From contig JAYORG010000007.1 of assembly GCA_038123275.1 (NCBI GenBank), forward strand, positions 6,299 through 70,298: a stretch of DNA of 64,000 bases, written 5' to 3'. This DNA is from Rickettsiales bacterium. Its GTDB lineage: Bacteria; Pseudomonadota; Alphaproteobacteria; Rickettsiales; UBA1997. Positions 59,647-64,000 of this stretch are shown here, in pieces; position 1 is the first letter of the stretch; every line of letters starts with the position of its first letter. A program made the position numbers and the translations under genes. The notes under the pieces were generated by a model. It was not told the DNA's origin, ran no database searches, and worked only from the letters and a program-made list of their open reading frames with translations.

Positions 59647-59736
59647 TTTGTAATTAAGAAATTAGCTAATTGGTTCATGTTATTTATTAAAATTAATTTT
59701 TTCAATAAATTTTTATTTTCTAGAATAAAGAGATCA

Positions 59737-59760
59737 GGTTTGTTTTTCTAGGTGTTAACA
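59737..59760 (+). repeat. solo, degenerate copy of the MITE terminal inverted repeat
   Basis: GGTTTGTTTTTCTAGGTGTTAACA versus the TIR GGTTCATTTTCCTAGGTGCTAACA. No matching second end nearby. Confidence 0.45.
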
Positions 59761-59866
59761 ATTTATAAAATTAATATCTGTTATGATGGACTACTAAATA
59801 TTTTTTACTTTAAAAGGGAGAGAGACATTCATATTGTAGGTCTTTAACCCTTTTTTACAAAGTTAC

Positions 59867-59935
59867 CTGTCATCCTGAAGGGTAGATATTCTTAGTCAGC
59901 TTGCTGACTTAGAATATCTTGACGAAGGATCTCAC
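59867..59935 (+). repeat. RPE-like short palindromic repeat, copy 5
   Basis: CTGTCATCCTGAAGGGTAGATATTCTTAGTCAGCTTGCTGACTTAGAATATCTTGACGAAGGATCTCAC, almost identical to 89-157. Confidence 0.8.
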
Positions 59936-60131
59936 ATCACAAGAGGAATGTTAATATTAAATTCAATACAACAATATCAACATTAAGAGTAATTACTACC
60001 AAATAAAATAAAGAGCTCAAATTCTTTATCTAAAACATTAGCAAAAACCAATAGCTGAAGCAGTATCAATAAAAAAGTTGCAAAACTTGAATAAATAAAG
60101 AAAATTATTTTTTTAAATAATCCAAAAATTA

Positions 60132-61025
60132 ATGAAAACACAGCTACCAGCAAAATCCAAATCCCATCAAGAAATAATAGCTCAAATAATAGATATTATT
60201 AAAACAACTGGCAAAAATAAGATATCTCATATTATTCTTTTTGGCTCATTTGCACGCGGCAATTGGATAAACGAATTAAAAGAAGAATCAGACGGCAGAT
60301 TATTAGACTACATTTCCGACTACGACATTCTCGTAATAACCAAACAACATAACGTTGGCACCGGAGCAAACGCCAGAAATTTAGAAAACAAAATTAATGA
60401 AAAAATAGACAAAAAACTCCCAGACATCGAACATCCAGCTTCAATAATTATTGAGCCTCTTACAAGAGTTAATAAAGAATTAAGAAAAGGACAATATTTC
60501 TTTTCAGATATTAAAAAAGAAGGGATTCTTCTTTATCAAAGTGATGATTCAAATGAATTAAAAGAAGCGAAGGAGTTGAAAGATGAGGAAAAGAAGAGGA
60601 TAGCGACGGAGTATTATGATTATTGGATTGATAGAGCTGAAGGATTTTTAAAAGGGGTAAATTTTTATCTAAAAGAAAAAGATAACAGACTTGCCGCTTT
60701 TAATTTGCATCAAACTACCGAAAGTTTGTATCAATGTGCTCATCTAGTTTTTACAAATTACAGCCCAAGGCTTCATGATCTCGAAAAATTAAACAAGTCT
60801 CTAATCTATCACTCAAAACAATTCCTAAACACCTTCCCTCAAACAACGGCCGAAGAAAAAGAATGTTTCGATCTCTTAAAAAGAGCCTACGTCGAAGCCA
60901 GATACAACAAAAACTACTCCATAACCAAAGAACAATTAAAATACTTAATCAAAAAAGTTGAATGTTTAAAGAAAGTTGTTGAGAGTGTCTGTAAAGAGAA
61001 GATCGAAGGTTTTAAGGAGTCTTAG
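60132..61025 (+). CDS. nucleotidyltransferase (MNT/KNTase-like) - HEPN fusion protein
   Basis: N-terminal pol-beta NTase motifs (ILFGSFARGNW ... SDYDILVIT). The C-terminal ~130 aa form a helical HEPN-like domain (..LHQTTESLYQCAHLV..RLHDLEKL..VEARYN..). Confidence 0.7.
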   Translation: MKTQLPAKSKSHQEIIAQIIDIIKTTGKNKISHIILFGSFARGNWINELKEESDGRLLDYISDYDILVITKQHNVGTGANARNLENKINEKIDKKLPDIEHPASIIIEPLTRVNKELRKGQYFFSDIKKEGILLYQSDDSNELKEAKELKDEEKKRIATEYYDYWIDRAEGFLKGVNFYLKEKDNRLAAFNLHQTTESLYQCAHLVFTNYSPRLHDLEKLNKSLIYHSKQFLNTFPQTTAEEKECFDLLKRAYVEARYNKNYSITKEQLKYLIKKVECLKKVVESVCKEKIEGFKES

Positions 61026-61144
61026 GGAAAGAGGCGTTCATATTACATGGGCTAGAGCCTTATAAATACTGCTTTTGTTAACCACCAAAATTAATTTCTG
61101 CCCCCATAAATGCCCCAAGATTATTTTCCTAATCAAGGCCTAGG

Positions 61145-62143
61145 TTAGGCACTTTTTGTAATGACTTCCTCTAAAGCTTTTGATACATGCCACATCAATA
61201 CTGGAGGAACAGCATTTCCTATCGCTCTATACTGTCTGTTTTCTGAAACTGAACCTAATTTAAAAGATTTAGGAAATGACTGAATATTTGCAGCCTCTCT
61301 TGGAGTGAATCTCCTATACCTTCCATTAACCATTAGTACAGGATCTGTTCCGTTTAGACTCACTTTAGATAAATGAGAGCTAATTGTATTACAAGGCTCA
61401 TCAATATTCTGAACCCTACCCTTGTTCATTTTTTTTCTTACCCTCAACATTCCATCAACAGCCCTCTGGCTAAAAAACCATTTATCATCCTGATCTGCCT
61501 GCAAATCAATAACTTGCCTTAATTTTATCTTGCTGCCATCTAGTGTTTGCGGTTTTGGAAATTCAAAATTAGAATAATCATCAATTTCCCTAAATCCAAT
61601 AATAAAAACACGCTCTCTTTTTTGGGGCACCCCAAATTCAGACGCATTCAATAATTTGCTTTTAACATAATAACCAGCATTCTCGAACTCTTTTACAATC
61701 ATTGGAAATGCCTTCCCTTTATTTGCCGAAAGTAACCCCTTAACATTTTCGCCAATAAAAAAACGTGGTTTTTTCTCCTTTAAAACGCTTACCATTTCAA
61801 AAAATAGCTTTCCTTTTTCATCTTCGTAACCCAGCCTTGGTGGATTTTGTGCACTAATTGAAAAGGACTGGCAAGGAAATCCCCCTAATAAAATATCATG
61901 ATCAGGTATTTTACTTGTGGTAAGGTCTCTTACATCCTTTATTTCACATTGATGCAGAAAATTATCATTGTATAATTTTGTAGCGTATGGATCATTATCT
62001 ACTGAGTAAACAACTTCGAAAGGCAATTCTTCAAAATGATTTCCAAGAAAATCAAATTTCCCTTGAATACCTAAGTCCATTCCTCCGCATCCACAAAATA
62101 ATGAGGTTATTTTTAATTTCTTATTTCCAATAATTTTTCCCAT
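61145..62143 (-). CDS. DNA (cytosine-5)-methyltransferase (M1 of an M-R-M operon)
   Basis: All core motifs present: I FCGCGG, IV GFPCQSFS, VI ENVKGL, VIII QKRERVF, IX QSFPKSF, X IGNAVPP. 332 aa. Confidence 0.92.
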   Translation of the reverse strand: MGKIIGNKKLKITSLFCGCGGMDLGIQGKFDFLGNHFEELPFEVVYSVDNDPYATKLYNDNFLHQCEIKDVRDLTTSKIPDHDILLGGFPCQSFSISAQNPPRLGYEDEKGKLFFEMVSVLKEKKPRFFIGENVKGLLSANKGKAFPMIVKEFENAGYYVKSKLLNASEFGVPQKRERVFIIGFREIDDYSNFEFPKPQTLDGSKIKLRQVIDLQADQDDKWFFSQRAVDGMLRVRKKMNKGRVQNIDEPCNTISSHLSKVSLNGTDPVLMVNGRYRRFTPREAANIQSFPKSFKLGSVSENRQYRAIGNAVPPVLMWHVSKALEEVITKSA

Positions 62144-63552
62144 TGTCCTGATATTTTAGAAAACTCAACAATTAAATTTTTATCAACTTTTAAACTACCA
62201 CTTTTATAGTGTTTTACTGGATCTTGAATTACAAAAATATTTTTATAATTTTCATTTACCACCAAATAATAAATAAAGTAATTTTTTCCAAGTGTTTCAG
62301 CCGTATCCCACTCATTTGGAGTTAATTTAAAACGATTATTTGTAATAGCCTTCTTTGATTTTGTTGTTTTAACTTCAATATAACGCTTCTTTTTTTCTAA
62401 TTCAACACTCTGAATATCATAACCAACTCCAAGTGGAGTGGATATTTTATTAATTAAATGTTGCCTACTTGATTTACCTTTTGTTCTTAGGTATTCATGC
62501 GCTAATACTAGACTTTCACCATAGTCTCCTATGATTTTAGTAGGCACTTTTCTATTATCACTCATTCGTGAATAATATTCTTGAACAAGGTTAGAAATAT
62601 TTTCTTCTTCTGCTCTATTTAGCCTTGGAGCAAAAGCCTCAATATTATCAAACTTATTTACGAAATAGAACCAAGACTCTTCAATGTCAGATATTTCAGG
62701 ATTTGTAAATTCTTCTTTTGTGTAAAATTCATCGTAACCTCTGAACCAAACCGAATTGTTTAAATGATAATCAATTGCTTCTTTATTATCTATATTTAGA
62801 TAGTAATAGTAACTCGTGCCCTTGTGATTTAATAGATTTGCCAAAACCATGTAGTCCAAAATATCCCCAGCATATCTACATAGATCACCTTTAGATGGGT
62901 AGTTTGAAGTTTTGCCATTTTTTAATTGTGCATAGTGATGATCGTATTCTATTTTCTCGGATCTATGCTTGATTATCATTTCAGCAACATATTTAGGACT
63001 CTTTCCATCTCTTGTAACTCTTAAATCAAAATAAGCACATTGAGTTAGCTCTTCTGCTGTTACTCTAAAGGGTTTTCCAGTTATTTTTTCTCCCTCAATT
63101 AGAAGTTGTAAAATAAAGTTACAAGGCTTGAACTTTATGCCTGCTTTTATTTGTTTAGCAACATTATGAGATTTGATGTGTCCAGCTGGGTACTGGAATG
63201 AGTATAGAAAATAATTAAAGAATTCATCTAAATATTGATTCTCAGCTAAACGAATAGCCATTTGATTTGGCTGCAAATACCCATCTTTTTCTTTAATAAA
63301 AGAAAATAGTGCAGAAATCTCAGTTCTCCAGTTATCAATTGTTTTTTTGGTAGATGACAAATTCTTTTTAAAGCTAAATAATATTTTATTCAACTCAATG
63401 TTAAACTCTTTTTCTGGCAGAATGCTTATTTCTGAGATTGATGTTGCTACATAAAGCAAAACTTCTTCTACATCATTTTTAAAGCGTGGCCTTACATGAT
63501 GTAAGCGAAAGAAATATTCGTCAGGAATCTTATATTTTCCTTTTTTGTTCAT
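62113..63552 (-). CDS. putative restriction endonuclease with a DUF3883-like PD-(D/E)xK C-terminal domain
   Basis: 479 aa between two m5C-MTase genes, overlapping both (4 nt and 31 nt). The C-terminus reads GDYGESLVLAHEYL...GVGYDIQSVELEKKKRYIEVKTTK...FKLTPNEWDTAE..YFIYYL (D379, E393, K395). The N-terminal ~330 aa are unassigned. Confidence 0.6.
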   Translation of the reverse strand: MNKKGKYKIPDEYFFRLHHVRPRFKNDVEEVLLYVATSISEISILPEKEFNIELNKILFSFKKNLSSTKKTIDNWRTEISALFSFIKEKDGYLQPNQMAIRLAENQYLDEFFNYFLYSFQYPAGHIKSHNVAKQIKAGIKFKPCNFILQLLIEGEKITGKPFRVTAEELTQCAYFDLRVTRDGKSPKYVAEMIIKHRSEKIEYDHHYAQLKNGKTSNYPSKGDLCRYAGDILDYMVLANLLNHKGTSYYYYLNIDNKEAIDYHLNNSVWFRGYDEFYTKEEFTNPEISDIEESWFYFVNKFDNIEAFAPRLNRAEEENISNLVQEYYSRMSDNRKVPTKIIGDYGESLVLAHEYLRTKGKSSRQHLINKISTPLGVGYDIQSVELEKKKRYIEVKTTKSKKAITNNRFKLTPNEWDTAETLGKNYFIYYLVVNENYKNIFVIQDPVKHYKSGSLKVDKNLIVEFSKISGQWEKLLEIRN

Positions 63553-64000
63553 AAATATTTCTCCAATGATTTGGCCAATACTTCCGCTAATAAAGTTGGC
63601 ACGGCATTTCCTACTTGCTTATATTGGCTCGTTTTACTTCCTAGGAAAATAAATGTATCTGGGAAAGACTGAATCCTTGCACTTTCTCTGACTGTTGGAA
63701 CGCGGTTATATTCATAATGAAAATGATGTCTATGTCCTGTGTCAATTGTAAAGCTTGGTTTTTTACTATTTAACCTAGTCCACGCAATATTTACTTTTCT
63801 AGTTTTACGTAATCCCTTTGGTAAACTTTTGTAATTTTTTCCATCTGGAACCATGGCAATTATTTTAATGGTTTGATCTTTGTGGTTAGATACTTGATGA
63901 TTATAAATTCCTATTGAGTTATTTCTTAGTAACTCCTGATATTTAGATTCTGGCTTTATAAAATATTTACCACCATCAATGATACTACCTTCAGGCAGAT
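63549..64000 (-). CDS. DNA (cytosine-5)-methyltransferase, C-terminal part (M2; truncated by the window edge)
   Basis: The frame stays open to position 64000 upstream of the Met listed at 63854 (..LPEGSIIDGGKYFIKPESKYQELLRNNSIGIYNHQVSNHKDQTIKIIAMVPDGKNYKSLP..). Motif IX RESARIQSFPDTFIF and motif X VGNAVPTLLA. ATGA overlap with the nuclease gene. Confidence 0.85.
   Translation of the reverse strand, partial: LPEGSIIDGGKYFIKPESKYQELLRNNSIGIYNHQVSNHKDQTIKIIAMVPDGKNYKSLPKGLRKTRKVNIAWTRLNSKKPSFTIDTGHRHHFHYEYNRVPTVRESARIQSFPDTFIFLGSKTSQYKQVGNAVPTLLAEVLAKSLEKYL

Noticed and set aside
59660-59671. Perfect 12-nt palindrome AATTAGCTAATT just upstream of the 96-aa gene, considered as a possible operator of the second metal operon.
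   Set aside because: It is short, entirely AT-biased, and unrelated to the znuA palindrome or to Fur boxes, so chance occurrence is likely. It is mentioned only as something to include in a motif scan.

Overview
64 kb chromosomal segment from a visibly AT-rich bacterium that uses the standard code (TGA is a stop, e.g. at the ruvB end; base composition not computed). About 60 protein genes are tightly packed, many with 1-8 nt overlaps, plus one tRNA (Cys-GCA). There is no rRNA, no CRISPR array and no transposase. By inference only, the source looks like an intracellular alphaproteobacterium (Rickettsiales/Holosporales-like). The grounds are a Cys-free alphaproteobacterial Fur/Mur type, a type-II ThrB, RPE-like palindromic repeats, and many Lys-rich orphan proteins with eukaryote-like motifs.

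Backbone genes: rph-rlmN, a LysR regulator, a metF-like gene, lipB, ruvAB-coaBC, pgi, dsbB-like/ccoG, znuCB/znuA, tmk, an SDR, glnA, a Fur-box-controlled tonB-like/TonB-dependent receptor pair, a hybrid histidine kinase, infA, uvrA, ispA, a six-gene MoxR/DUF58/VWA Bat-type operon, guaB, fur-X-thrB and dps.

Accessory and unusual content:
(1) At the 3' edge, a translationally coupled M-R-M operon: two C5-cytosine methyltransferases flank a 479-aa nuclease with a DUF3883-like PD-(D/E)xK C-terminus. It sits next to an NTase-HEPN fusion gene.
(2) A 3.3-kb cassette bounded by two direct copies of a ~200-bp MITE-like element. It carries two orphan genes (one with an SV40-type PRKKRKI motif) and a decayed yafQ/RHH toxin-antitoxin pair.
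(3) Three homopolymer-associated frameshifts (A7, T9, A5 on the coding strand), all in accessory genes: a beta-propeller-repeat surface protein, an RI-type LRR protein, and the yafQ toxin.
(4) A family of ~70-bp RPE-like palindromic repeats (5 copies), plus two larger hairpin elements, one with perfect 40-bp inverted arms.
(5) A second metal-uptake operon (small CxxC protein, OM beta-barrel, SBP, permease) that lacks an ATPase and is start/stop-coupled to a cupin-like gene.
(6) A 31-bp tandem duplication covering the fur start codon.

All family assignments come from motif recognition by eye. No database search was run.
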